DNA of 64,000 nucleotides from Eledone cirrhosa (GCA_964016885.1 OZ024744.1:15128001-15192000); one strand, 5' to 3'. Shown: positions 1 through 12,567, numbered from the stretch's first letter. The notes: generated by a model from the letters alone, not told the origin. A program made the numbers and translations.

Positions 1-2945
1 TTCGGCCTGGATGGCGCGGCACCAACATAACTTTACATAGAACGGGGTGGTGTGGATGGGGTGGGGGTGGTGGTGGTGGGACGGGGTGTATTTTGTTAGA
101 GATGCCTACTGGCTGGAGTAGGTTTTACTATATATTTAGGTAAGGCAGGTCTTCTCTGTTACTGAGTACCGCCAAAGGTCTCGGTCCAGTGACATTGTCT
201 TGGAGAGGTGTAAGTGTGTGATGTCGGAGTTTATCAGCTCGTCCCAGGTTTTTCTAGGTCTGCCTATTCCGTGACTACCGTCTATCTTTATTGCCCTGCA
301 CTTTGTTATACAGCTATCGACTTTCATGCGCATCACGTGTCCATACCAACGTAGCCTTCTCTCGAGTAAACAACATCTGATCCCTCTTATCTCTAATTTT
401 TTCCTTAGTTCGTTTATGCTTTGCCGTTCATGTATATTACTGTTACACATCCAGCGGAGCATGCAAGCTTCGTTCCTCTCTAGTCTGCGTATATCCTCTG
501 CACACAATGCCCAGGTCTCACTGCCATGCAGCATTGCTGTTCGTATGCAGGCATCGTACAACCTGCCTTTCATTTTTAGGGAGAACCCTTTAGCAGCTAA
601 TAGTGGTATAAGCTCTCTGAACTTTTTCCAACCAGTTCTGACTCTAGCTACAGTACTTTCAGAGCACCCTCCCCCACTGCTGATTTTATCGCCCAGGTAA
701 CGGAAGCTGTCCACTATTTCTATAGAACCCTCTGCGCAATTGAAAGAGCTAGTATTTTGTGGGCACTTGCTGCTACTTATTGCACCAGAACACCGGCCAC
801 ATGTAAAATCTATGTTCTTAGTTAGCTTACCTGTGATCCCACTACATCTTTTATGCACCCATACTTTGCATTTAGGACATAAAATGGAGTTTCTACCTAC
901 GCCTTTCCTACACACCGAGCACGACCATTTCCCAGAAGGGACCGCCGCCTTGTTTTCTTTCCTTCAAACTAGTACTTTGGTCTTAGCCAGGTTAATTTTA
1001 AGTCCTTTTGACTCTAGGCCGTGCTTCCATGTTTGGAATTTCTTCTCTAGCTCGGCCATTGATTCTGCTATGAGTGTCAGGTCGTCTGCGTATAGGAGTT
1101 CCCATGGGCAGCCTGTCTTGAACTCCTCTGTTATAGCCTGAAGGGCAATAATAAATAGTAGGGGGCTGAGAACAGAGCCCTGATGGACGCCAACTTTTAC
1201 GCTAAACTCTTCACTATATTCGTTGTTAATTCTAACCTTGCTGACTGTTTCTTTATACATGGCTTGTATAGCCCTCACAAGCCATTCGTCAACGCCTAGT
1301 TTTCTAAGAGCCCACCAGATAATGGAGCAGGGGACTCTGTCGAAGGCTTTCTCCAAGTCGACAAAAGCTAAGTAGAGGGGTTTACCTTTAGCTAGGTACT
1401 TCTCCTGTAGTTGTCGTACTATGAAAAGAGCGTCTGTGGTACTTTTGCCTGACACAAACCCGAACTGCATTTCATCTAGGTCAATTCTCTCTCTGATTAG
1501 TTGCACTATTACTTTTTCCGTGACCTTCATGACCTGGTCGATTAATTTAATGCCTCTATAGTTACTCCTATCTAGGGCGTCTCCTTTACCCTTATAACAG
1601 TTAACGATGATGCTGCTATGCCAGTCCTTCGGAACAACCCCATTCTGTACGACTTGGTTAACTATGCGGGTGACCATGGTGTGTCCCACCGTGCCAGATG
1701 CCTTCAGCATCTCAGCAACTATTTCCGAAGGCCCAGCCGCCTTACCCGTCTTCATATCCTTGATTGCCTTACTTATTATACTCCCCTCGACTAACACTGC
1801 TGGTCCCTCTATTGGGTCGATATGGGGGAGACTGTCTTTCTCCCATTTATTCTCCTCATTTAGTAGCCTTTCATAGTGACACTTCCAAGCTACCTTCTTA
1901 TCAGCGTCGGTGATGGCAAGTGTGCCATCGTCGTTTAGTACACACTTCTCCCCGACAATATCACAGTTTTCCTTGACGCATTGCCTAGCAATCCTGAATA
2001 CCTCACGTTTTTGGTCATCGCGTTGTAGAACATGCTTGAACTTTCTTTCCTCAGCTTCCCTTGCTAAGTACACCTGATACTTCCCTCCTGGCCACTTGAT
2101 AGTTTTCTCTACTTCCCCCATCCCGCCATACTTTCCAAGCCTGCTTTTTGGCCTTAATTGACCCCTCCACCTTACTGTTCCACCACCATGTTACTCTCCT
2201 CCTGCCTACAGGCCTGCTCCAGCCACAGACTTCGTCTGTCGCCAACAGCAGGTTTGCTTTCAGAAATTCCCACTCTCCCTCTATATTGTCCGACTCTAAA
2301 TGTTCTTCCTTACTGTCGAAAGCATCAAGTAATATGCTTTGAAATTTATTCCTGGCTGTGGGGTCCTTTAGCTTCCATATTTTTCTCCTGATGATAGTCC
2401 TCTTCTGCTGTCGAGTACGTCTCGTCCTGACTATGAGGTCGCTAATTATCAGTCTATGTTGGGAGGTGCATTCTTCATGGGGGAGGGATTTAGTGTTTAC
2501 AACAGACACTCTGTCACGTCTTCTGGTAAGGATATAATCTACCTGGCTTGTGTGTTCCCCGGATCTATAGGTGATCAGGTGATTGTCACGTTTTTTGAAG
2601 TTAGTGTTACAGATAGTTAGGTTATTTGCATCACAGAATTCCAGGATTCTGGAGCCTTCCTCATTTCTAGTACCAAACCCATAGCCTCCATGGATTTCGT
2701 CGTAGCCGTCACAATGTTGTCCAACGTGACCATTTAGGTCGCCTGCGATAATTATATAGTCACTGTCGGATATTTGGGAGGTAGTTAGCATCAGTGTCTC
2801 ATAGAATCTGTCTTTTATAGTGCCGGGCAGTCCGGATTGGGGTGCGTACGCAGATATTACTGTCACCGTAGTTCTATTGAGGACAAGTCGTATTTTAATT
2901 ATTCTGTCGTTCACTCTATTTACGTCTATTATCTTATCTGCCCAG
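1..2945 (-). mobile_element. RTE-clade non-LTR retrotransposon (LINE), 5'-truncated and relatively intact; 3' UTR runs off the left edge
   Basis: Three collinear minus-strand ORFs. 2051-2914 is an APE endonuclease (SAYAPQ, GDLNGHVG, SQVDYIL, SQHRL). 964-2121 is an RT (YRGIKL, FVDLEKAFD, GVHQGSVLSP, YADD). 136-915 holds a C4HC3 finger and the RTE C-terminus (RLRWYGHV, GRPRKTW). Visible lesions are one in-frame TGA at 964-966 and one frameshift near 2070-2120. Confidence 0.93.
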
Positions 2946-3250
2946 AAATTTAGAAGTGCAGTCAGAGGGATTGTTCATGTTTCAGGGTAGTAGACATTAT
3001 ACCTCATTCAGTTTTGTCTGCACCACCATCACCCACCCATGGTCCGCAAATAGATTACAACCTCTCTCAGTAGGTTACAGAAATCATCTGTCTTCAAAGG
3101 ATAGAAAGCCCCTATTATTCTCAGCCATTTTGTGGATGGGGTTGATATAGTGATGGGTATGGATACAACCAGCTGTCTTTCAGGTGATACAATCAGAAAT
3201 TGTTGGGTCTCTACAGATACATCCACATGCTATACAAGGAAGAATGAGGT

Positions 3251-3533
3251 CCTGCCCTAGTCCCCTTCCCCTCATATGATGTCACAGCTTCCCATACTTC
3301 CAGCAAGACCCTGCCCTAGTCCCCTTCTCCTCATATGATGGCACAGCTCCCCATACTTACAGCAAGACCCTGCACTAGTCCCCTTCCCTTCATATAATGT
3401 CACAGCTCCCCATATTTACAACAACACCCAGCCCTAATGCCTTCCCCTCATATGGTGTCACAGCTCCCCATACTTCAAGCAAGACCCTACACTAGTCCCC
3501 TTCCCACCATTTGATGCCAGAGCGCCCCATACT
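3251..3533. repeat. 59-bp minisatellite, ~5 diverging copies
   Basis: Unit ~agcaagaccctgccctagtccccttcccctcatatgatgtcacagctccccatacttac; ctg(c/a)ctag-type anchor recurs at 3252, 3311 and 3370. Confidence 0.9.
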
Positions 3534-3683
3534 CTGAAGTGCCACCCATAACTCCACAATGAGACTAAAAGCATCCCTGTCATGAAATGATAAAAAGCTC
3601 CTATCATGAAGTTATAGAAAGTGTCAAGAGACCAATTTATGCTATAATTTCATTTGAAATATGTGATATTTTAGAAAACTTAC

Positions 3684-3761
3684 AGTGAGTGCGTTGTCCA
3701 AGAGAAATTCTTCAGGGGGAACCTTCTGTATTTTGCCAGTTGTCAGTCCTTTGCTAATACT
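3684..3761 (-). CDS. AK7: AK7-like coding exon (5th in window): SISKGLTTGKIQKVPPEEFLLDNALT
   Basis: Minus strand tttcag|AGT...ACT|gtaagt; 78 nt, phase 0/0. Resembles the AK7 segment [21 protein letters not shown] (recalled, not searched). In frame with the previous exon. Confidence 0.85.
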
Positions 3762-3794
3762 CTGAAATAGAAGAAGAATATTTCATGTATGCCC

Positions 3795-3842
3795 TTGTAT
3801 GTTGTGTTCTTGAGCAAGATACTTCATTTCATTTTATTTCGG
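3795..3842 (+). mobile_element. 5' part of a SINE core that is interrupted by the RTE at 3843-5030
   Basis: tgttgtgttcttgagcaagatacttcatttca matches the SINE at 22297-22330; its continuation resumes at ~5031. Confidence 0.7.
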
Positions 3843-5030
3843 TACAAGAAATTCCAAACATGGAATCAGGGACTAGAAAGAAGTGGTCTCAGAGTCAATC
3901 TGACAAAGAGTAGGATCCTTGTAAGTAGACAAGAAAACAGAACCCAGATCCCCCCAGGGAAATGGCCTTGCTCAGTATGTAGGAAAGGTGTAGGTAGAAA
4001 TTCCATCCTCAGCCCCAAATGCAAACTATGGGTATACAAGTGGCGTAGTGGCATCTCAGGAAGCTTAGTTAGGAATGTAGGCTTCATATGTAGCAGCTGC
4101 ACTGGGACAGTAAGCAGCAAACAACCACAGGAAACAAGCACCACCAAACTCTAGGAGTGATCTGTAGAAACAGTAGACAACTTCTGCAACCTAGGTGACT
4201 TAATTAGCAGTGGAGGTGGGTATTCTGAAAGTACAGTAACCAGGGTAAGAACAGGATGGAGGAAGTTCAGGCAGGTACTACCACTGCTAGCTGCAAAAGG
4301 CTTTTCCCTCAAAATGAAAGGCAGACTGTATGATACGTGTATACGAACAGCGATTTTACATGGTAGTGAGACCTGGGCGCTGAAGGTGGAAGACTTACGT
4401 AGATTAGAAAGAAATGAAGCCTGCATACTCCAATGAATGTGTAATAGTAATATACACAAACGACAAAGCATAAATGAATTGAGAGAGAAACTGAGCATAA
4501 GAGGAATCAAATGCTGTGTGCAGGAAAGGAGGTTAAGTTGGTATGGACATGTGATGCGTATGAAGAATGACAGCTGCATAAAAAGGTGCAGAGCACTAGA
4601 AGTCGATGGAAACCGCGGAGTGGGGAGACCCAAGATGACCTGGGATGAGGTGATAAAAGCTGACCTTGCCTGATTGCACCTCCAAAGGGCAATGACATAC
4701 AACCGTGACCTCTGGTGTCACGCAGTAATACAGAAGACCCGACCCCCCATGGGTACAAGCCGAAGCTGAAGCATATAGACAATATGCCCTCACACCCTCC
4801 CACTGCAAAGTGGTCGTGGAGGTGTCATGACAAAAAAAGCACCCAGCCCAAACTCTAAATGAGGTTGGTGTTAGGAATGGCATCCAGCTGTAGAAATCAA
4901 GCCAGAATCAGTTCCCGTATGAGCAAGACAAGGTCAGCCAACCAGACACTGCCCACAACAGGACAACCTGTCTAACCCATGCTAGCGTGGAAGAATGTAT
5001 GTAAAACGGTGATGATGATGATGATGACGA
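3843..5030 (+). mobile_element. RTE LINE 3' fragment, degenerate, with (GAT)n tail
   Basis: Encodes KKFQTWNQGLE..KWPCSVCRKGVG..RRLSWYGHVMR..GRPKMTWDE with stops. The 3' region carries the ccactgcaaagtgg...ggaatggcatcc motif and ends ggtgatgatgatgatgatgacga. Same family as 62520-63686. Confidence 0.92.
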
Positions 5031-5180
5031 CTCAGATGAAAACGAGTACCAGAATAGATGGGTATTTAACCCTGTGTTGGACTATCATCTTGTCCAGGAG
5101 AGTCTTGCACTCTCGGTCACCTAACACCAAGGAAACCAGGATGAACACCAGTCTGATGAACCTCCAAGCTTGAGACAGCT
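5031..5180 (+). mobile_element. 3' part of the interrupted SINE (V-domain-like segment)
   Basis: ctcagatgaaaacgagtaccag...aaccctgtgttggactatcatcttgtccag...ctgatgaacc...gcttgagacag is collinear with 22346-22497. Confidence 0.7.
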
Positions 5181-5623
5181 TTTAGACATTAAAATATAAA
5201 AAAGACAAAAAACAATGTCACCTTCTCCCAACCTACCTGACATCATATAGTAAGTGGTTAGGATATTTGGACCAAGATTGGAAATGTGTTTTTGATCAGT
5301 GTTTTAAATATTGGGTCTATTTATACAATGTGGCTAAATGTAAATATATGTATTTATGTCTGTTAAACATATTCATGTAAACTTATTTACAACATTTTGA
5401 CACACAGGGTCAATACTTTATGTGGTTGGAGATTTCATGATACATTCAGGAGGATGGAATCATAACATTTAGACTCACCTAAGATTGTGCTGTTGTCCAA
5501 GGGTTACATCCGATACATTGGTAGGTGGAGCCGAGTAGCTCAGGTGTCACAGAGTTATTTCACAGAGACAGAGTACAGCAGCACCTCACCACAGATCTGT
5601 GTTTACCAAGCATTTGATATATA

Positions 5624-5999
5624 CAGAGTACCCCTAGTATTTGCAGTCCTGGCATTCAAGGCTATTCGTGGAATTTTGCCTCAGAACCTAACTAATAATT
5701 GTTCGTGGAAACCATCGCATATTCGCGGAATCGTAAATATCTTCCGTGATTTTTTTATGCCTTTTTTCGTGGCAATATCATCACCGTTTTACGTCCGCGC
5801 TAGCATGGGTTAATATATATATTTCTTCACACTTTTTAACTTTAAATTATTAATAACAGTATATCGTATTTTCTGGCCTATATTTTACGTTGTTTTGACG
5901 TTTATAGGCATTTTTATGGACCACGTCCAATATTTATGGTTTTTCACTGTTTGTGGATGCTCTCGGAATGTAATCCCTGCAAATACCAGGTGACAATTG
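5624..5999. mobile_element. pogo/Tigger-type MITE
   Basis: TA-flanked imperfect TIRs (cagagtacccctagtatttgcag / ctgcaaataccaggtgacaattg); internal atggaccacgtccaatatt shared with the copy at 11271-11570. Confidence 0.7.
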
Positions 6000-6246
6000 T
6001 ATATATAATTGCTAATTGACACATATCAAACATGTCTCGATTTACACAATAGCTAGAAGGACCTTTTAGGAACTCATATGCTTGTCAGGCACACAAGAAG
6101 ATGAACATGTTTTGCCTGCAGCATGTTACATAAATGTAAATTCATCTGATGACATCACACCCGCACCAGCAACACAACTGCACCTTCACTGCATACGGGA
6201 CACCATAGAAATAATTATAATGAATAAACACATTATGTAAACACCT

Positions 6247-6248
<2 letters not shown>

Positions 6249-6281
<33 letters not shown>

Positions 6282-9200
6282 TTTACGTCTGTTTTTCCCT
6301 GCTTGCAAGGGTGGGACGGGTCTTATTCAGCACAGCATCTCTCCACTTGTCACGGATCTTCGTCATCTCCTCCGTGAGCTTCAGCGATCTGTGGTCAGCT
6401 CTCACCATCTCTGTCCATGTTTTTCGTGGTCTTTCTCCACTGAGACTTCCTGGCACTTCTTTACCCATCGGTCATCCTCTATGTGCATCACATGTCCATA
6501 CCATCTCAGCCTTCTCTCCTGCACACCACAACTTATTCCTCTTAAACACAGTTTCTCTCTCAACTCGTCTATGCTTGGTCGTTCACTCACATTGACATTG
6601 CACATCCAACGGAACATTCTTGCCTCATTTCTCTCCAGCCGTCACATATCCTCTGCAGTTGCTGCCCATGTACCACTACCATCGCGCATCTCACACAGGC
6701 ATCATATAACCGTCCTTTCGTACGGAGGGAGAAACCCTTCTTTGTCAACACTTTTGTCTTAGACCTCTTGATTCCAACTGCTGTTTCAATAGTCAGAATT
6801 TATTCTCTAGCTCCTCTACTGATTCTGCTATCAGCATAGAGAAGTTCCCATGGGCATCCAGTCTTAAACTCCAGTAATGGCTTGGAGGACTATAATGAAC
6901 AAGAGCGGGTTGAGGACCGAACCCTGATGTACATCTACTTGTATCTGGAATTCCTCACTAAACTCCATGCCTACTCTCACTTTACTGACAGCACCCCTGT
7001 ACATAGCTTGCACTGTCCTCACAAGCCATTCCTCTACACCTAGTTTACTTAGGGACCACCAGATGACAGATCGGGGTACCCTATCAAAGGCCTTCTCTAG
7101 GTCAACAAAAGCTAAGTATAGTGGCTTATTCTTCTCTAAGAAGAGGGCATCTGTTGTACTTTTCCGGGGCACAAAACCAAACTGCATCTCATTTAATTTG
7201 ACCCTTTCTCTAATCAGTTGCGCTAATATAACCTGATCCATTAGCTTTAAGCCCCTATAATTGCTCCTCTCTAGAGCATCACCTTTACCTTTGTAGCAAT
7301 TTATGAGAATACTGCTGCACTAGTCTTTGGGTATGACATCACCATATATAGCTTGATTGATGATGCATGCAACCAGCTGAGTGCCTACTTCTCCTGCTAC
7401 CTTCAGCATCTCAGCAACTATCTCTGACGGTCCAGCAGCCTTACCATTCTTAATTTCCTTAATTTCCTCTTGTACCCTATATTCATCAATCTCAATAGCT
7501 GGTCCCACTGTTGGGTCTACTGGGGGTAATTACTCTCTGTCCCATTCATTCTCCACATTCATCAGTCTCTCATAGTGACATTTCCAGGCCTCCTTTTTTT
7601 GATCACTCATGACACTAAGTACACCGGCATCATTCCGGATACACTTATCTCCAACAACATCCTGATTTGCACTGACACACTGCCTTGCAATGCGGAACAC
7701 CGCACATCTCTGATCTTCCTGTTGCAGAACATTGGCAAACCTCCAACTCTCAGCCTCCCTGGGTGCTAAGTACACCTGACGTCTAGCTTATTTCTTAGCG
7801 GCTGTGTATCCTTCCCTACTCCCACCATTTTTCCAAGCCTTCCATGCCAGTCTTTTGTCTCTAATGGCCCTATCTACCGTGCTGTTCCACCACTAGGTCA
7901 CTCTCTGTCTGGTTGAAGCTCTGCCCCAACCACAAGTTTCTTCAGTAGCCTGTAGTAAGTTGTCACGCAAGAAATTCCAGTTATCATCTATGTCATACAA
8001 CTCTAAATCGTCTTCTTTTTCGTCATACACATCTTGAAAGGCTTTGCTAAATTTATATTTTAATGAAAGCTCTTTTAGCTTCCAGACCTTTCTTTTCCAC
8101 ACCTTCCTGTATGTCTCATTCTTTCTCATGCTTACTGAGATGTCACTAACGACTAACCTATGCTGTGGGGTACATTCTTCCCCAGGGTATTCCCTAGTAT
8201 TTGACACCATCTGTCTATCTCACTGTCTAACTAGCAGGAAGTCAATCTGGCTTATGTGCTCGCCTGATTTGTAGGTTATTAGGTGGCTGGTAGGCTTCTG
8301 GAAGTTAGTGTTGCAAATGGTTAGTGCATATCCATCACAAAATTCAAGAAGCATCACTCCTTCATTTCTTGAGCCATAACTGTGCCCACCATGTACCCCA
8401 GTGTATCCATCCTGGAGCTGTCCAACATGTCTATTGAAGTCCCCTGCTAGCATAACGATGTCTCTGTCCTCTGTCATTGAGGCTGTTTGTAAAAGTTGCT
8501 CATAAAAGCAGTCTTTCTCTTCTTTACCTAGGCCTGCCTGGGGAGCATAGGCAGAGACGATTGTCAGCAGTCTCTTGCCTACAACTAATCTAAGCTTAAT
8601 TATTCTATCACTAACTCTAACTACCTCTATTGTCTTATTGATCCATCTCTCAGCCTGTAATATGCCACCCCACCTAACCCATCATCATTACCCACCCAGA
8701 AAAGCTTATAACTACGATGTTTGCCTGCGATTAGTCTTGCAGAGGCACCTCTCCATCTCACCTCTTGCACACAGCACACATCCACATACCTTCTCTCCAG
8801 CATCTCCGCTATCTCACCAGATCTACCTGTTAGAGTGCCAACATTAAGTGTGGCAACTCTGAGATGCGACATCTCGTTCTTTTTCCAGTTGTGCGATTGC
8901 TTGAAGACAGTCGGGGGGGTTCTCATACATGGACTCACTAGCCACCCCACTACCGTGTGCAGCCCTGACATGGTTAGTGTTATTGCTGTTTACGCAGTTG
9001 TTTTTGTGCGATTACTTGATGACCGTCTTGCACATGGTCGCACCAGACACCCCACTACCGTGCGCAGCCCTAACATGGTTAGTGTTATTGCTGTTTACGC
9101 ATTTTTTGCGCTTATAGTGTTTGGCAGTAGTATATATACTGGTTGGATGCCCTTCCTAACACCAGCACCACTTTACAGCATGAACTGGGTGCTTTTATTC

Positions 9201-9340
9201 ATGCCACCAACACTAGAGAGGTTGTCTTACTGGACTCAGGGGCCCTATCCACTACTCCATTTTACAGCATGGACTGGGTGCTTTTATTCATGCCACCAAC
9301 ACTAGGGAAGTTGTCATACTGGACTTAGGGGACTTCTCTA
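6249..9340 (-). mobile_element. Near full-length but degenerate RTE LINE (5' UTR, endonuclease, RT, (GAT)n tail) with an internal deletion
   Basis: (cat)n tail at 6249-6280. ORF fragments: LRVATLNVGTL..DVCCVQEVRW (8627-8971), GDFNRHVG, FVDLEKAFD, VHQGSVL, RLRWYGHV. A deletion at ~6745 removes the finger/YLG region. The putative 5' UTR has two internal duplications. Confidence 0.92.
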
Positions 9341-9592
9341 CCCCGCAGCAATTTATTTGGAGTGGTAGCTCTCCTAGACGGGTTGCCTACACTATGGCTT
9401 ATGGAGCCTCAGTCCACCCCTTGTCAGCTCGATAATATATTCACAAGGAAGTGGTTATCATACAGCATTGGACATGTATACCAAACGTGGTCGAGGTGGG
9501 GTGGGTTGGCGGGAAATGAGAAGGAAATATGGCTATACGCACAAATTTAAATATCAACATTCACATCACATATATATATATATATATATATA

Positions 9593-10904
9593 CGAGGGGG
9601 GATCAAAAAGTTCGCGCAATTTTTCAGAAAATATTCTAATTTTCAAAAAATATGATTTACCATCAATTTATTTTTCTACATAGTTGCTATCCAGGTCAAT
9701 ACACTTGACAAGGCGATGCTTCCAGCTTCGTAAGCCATCTCTAAAGAAAGTAGAAGGCCTTGTTCGAAGCCATGTGTTGGCAGTGTTTTTAGCTTCTTCA
9801 ACACCACTAAAACGGGTTCCTTTTAGCATTTCTTTGAGTTTTGGAAAGAGGAAAAAGTCTGATGGGGCTAAATCTGGACTATAAGGTGGGTGAGGAAGCA
9901 CTTCCCATCGAAATTCTCGAAGAACTTCTTTTGCAACTCACGCAGAATGCGCTGGTGCATTGTCATGGTGAAACAAGATCCCACCATGAAGTTTCCCTTT
10001 TCGTTTCTTGACTAAAGCCTCTTTCAGCTTCCTTAAAACATTTGCATAGTAAGCTCCTCTCACAGTTCTTTGACCTTCAAGATAATCTATTAGTATCACC
10101 CCATCTGAATCCCAGAAAATGGTGGCCATCACTTTTTGATCCGACTTTTGAGATTTGAACTTGATTGGCCCCGATGATCCACGTGGAAGCCACTGTTTTG
10201 ACTGCTGTTTGGATTCAGCATCATACTGGTAGATCCAGGTTTCATCTCTGGTGATGCTTCTGGTCAGGAAATGCTCTTCATCAACTTCAATTTTGTTAAA
10301 TATCGCCAAAGACAGATCACTTCGAAGAATCAGCTGATCAGGCCGCAACGCTTTTGGGACCCATTGCGCTGAAAGCTTGCTTAGTCCCAAATTATCGTGC
10401 AGAATTGAATTTGCCGAACCATATGAAATGTCTAAGGACTTAGCTAACTGATTAACTGTTATTCTTCGATCTTCTACAATTAAAGTCTGAGCAGCCTCAA
10501 CGTTTTGGTCATTTTTTTATGTTCCTAGTCTTCCACTGTGATGGTCATCTTCAAGGTCGTCTCTCCCTTGTTTGAATCGCTGAATCCACTTGTAGACAGC
10601 AGTTTTCTTTGGAGCAGTAGTACTGTAAACTTTAACTAAAACCTCCATAATCTGTGTCCCTTTCCATTTGAGTTTCACCAGAAACTTGATATTCGATCTT
10701 ATCTCAAAATAACTATTTTCCATTGTTCCAAAAAGAGGTTTTTTAAAGAGTGTCAGTACTGTACAATAGTCCACGCATAACTGACTGCAAGTGACTAATA
10801 GCAAGGTAAACACCCAGTGACAATGTTCTGACATGTTTAATATTGTTTTAATCTATTTTTTTCTTACTACGATAAAATTCCGCGAACTTTTTGATCCCCC
10901 CTCG
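9593..10904 (-). mobile_element. Full-length mariner (DD34D) DNA transposon, 1312 bp
   Basis: 30-bp TIRs cgaggggggatcaaaaagttcgcg(c/g)aattt with 1 mismatch; TA on both sides inside a (TA)n tract. Confidence 0.95.
9668..10723 (-). pseudogene. Disrupted mariner transposase
   Basis: MENSYFEIRSNIKF..HTH, WVPKAL, RDETWIYQYD, HHDNAPAH, YSPDLAPSDFFLF. Split into three ORFs by a frameshift/stop near 10517 and a TGA at 9938. Confidence 0.92.
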
Positions 10905-11154
10905 TATATATATATATACAAATCTCATGCGAACTGAAAAGTTTGGAGATACGAATAATAATAAACTTAAACTTATCTCAACGGATTTTCCAAATTATGT
11001 AGCATATTCAACCAAACACCAAACATGTCTTCCTGCATTTAAGCCGTGAGTGAATACATTTCCGGATAAACAAAACAAACTTAAACCTACATCAACGGAT
11101 TTTCCAAATCATGAAATATGGCTATACGCACAAATTTAAATATCACATATACAA

Positions 11155-11187
<33 letters not shown>

Positions 11188-11270
11188 CATCTATATATGT
11201 ATATATATATACAAATCTCATGCGAACCGAAAAGTTTGGCAATACGAATAATGTTATTTTTATATATATA

Positions 11271-11570
11271 CAGTGTACCCCTGAGTATTTGCAGTTCGGC
11301 TTATTTCCAGAATTGTAAATATCTTTTTTATGACTATTTTCATAGCAATATATATTTTTAACACTAAATTAATAACAACAATATACCGTATTTGCCAGCT
11401 TATTGGACGCCCCTTCATAAAAGATGCTCCCTCTTTTTTATTATATTTTATGTTATATTTTGATGCATATAGGCATTTTAATTTTCATGGACCACGTCCA
11501 ATATTCCCAGTTCTTCACTCTTCGTGGGTGCTCTAGGAATGTAAGCTCCACGAATACCAGGGGACAATTG
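11271..11570. mobile_element. pogo/Tigger-type MITE, second copy
   Basis: TA|cagtgtacccctgagtatttgcag ... cacgaataccaggggacaattg|TA; homologous to 5624-5999. Confidence 0.7.
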
Positions 11571-11777
11571 TATATATATATGGGTGTGTTACATCTGTAG
11601 ATAACGGTGTGGCAGGTATTTTCCCAACACATAAATGTTCACACGTCTGATGAGCTATTGATTTCCGAGTCAGGCCTGATTGTGGCTGATCATACCTTGA
11701 GCTGATCAATGGTGAAATGTGCATCACAGGTGAATAAAATATGCACAAGAGGCTAAACTGATACTTAATTTCCACTT

Positions 11778-12097
11778 ATGATTGGCAGTATCGGTAGAGC
11801 GTCAAACACAATGCTTTGCAGCATAGAGTTATGACCCTTTACTTTCTGAGTCCAAATCCTGTCAAAGTTAACTTTGCCTTTCAACCTTATGGGGTCGATA
11901 AAATAAAGTACCAGTAATACACTGGGGTAATTGCTGGCCTTGTACCAAAAGTAGAAACAATTATTGGTGGACTGGCAGTATTGGTAGAGAGTCAGATGCC
12001 ATGCTTTGTAGCATAGAGTTATGACTCTTTACGTTCTAAGTTCAAATCTCGCTTTGCTTTTCATCCTTATGGGGTTGATAAAATAAAGTACCAGTAA
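11778..12097 (+). mobile_element. Two tandem tRNA-derived SINEs with a Nin/Deu-like core
   Basis: Each has an A-box-like tggcagta(t/c)..gtagag, a B-box-like gagt(t/c)caaatc and the core ctttcatccttatggggt.gataaaataaagtaccag. Units start at ~11778 and ~11966. Confidence 0.75.
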
Positions 12098-12198
12098 TGC
12101 CTCATTTTTCTCCAGTCTATACATGTCCCCTGCTGTAACAGCCCATGTTTCACTACCATGCAGCATAGTACACACATAGGTGTCATACAGTTGTCCTT
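12098..12198 (-). mobile_element. Small RTE fragment
   Basis: Encodes GQLYDTYVCTMLHGSETWAVTAGDMYRLEKNEA, homologous to the RTE C-terminal domain. Confidence 0.75.
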
Positions 12199-12567
12199 TT
12201 GATATATATATGTACAAGAAGTTGAAAATGCAACTGAAGTGTTTAAAAAGGTTTATTTACAATAACTTATAACTTTACCTGTTTCACAAGTTTCATGATT
12301 TTCAAAAGTGGCTATGCCGACTTGTAACTTGAATCTAATTGATCTTGGCAATTTCTTTCAGTTTTATGAAAAAAATTGACTCAGATTGTTATATGTTTGA
12401 AGTACAATTTAATAAGTTGAGGAAGGTCATGTGATTAGGCACTGAATTTTGTGGTAACTTTGAACCAAAAAAGGGAGTGTCATGGTTTAGTGAATATTGA
12501 CAGTAGCAATTCATGCCTGTTTCTCCATGTATTCAGTAGCAAGGGAGGTTGGTATTGTTTTATTGTT

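Noticed and set aside
326-9305. Plus-strand ORFs overlapping minus-strand RTEs (and reverse cases such as 4151-4702 and 62753-63511)
   Set aside because: Antisense shadows of RTE coding sequence with no independent protein signature.
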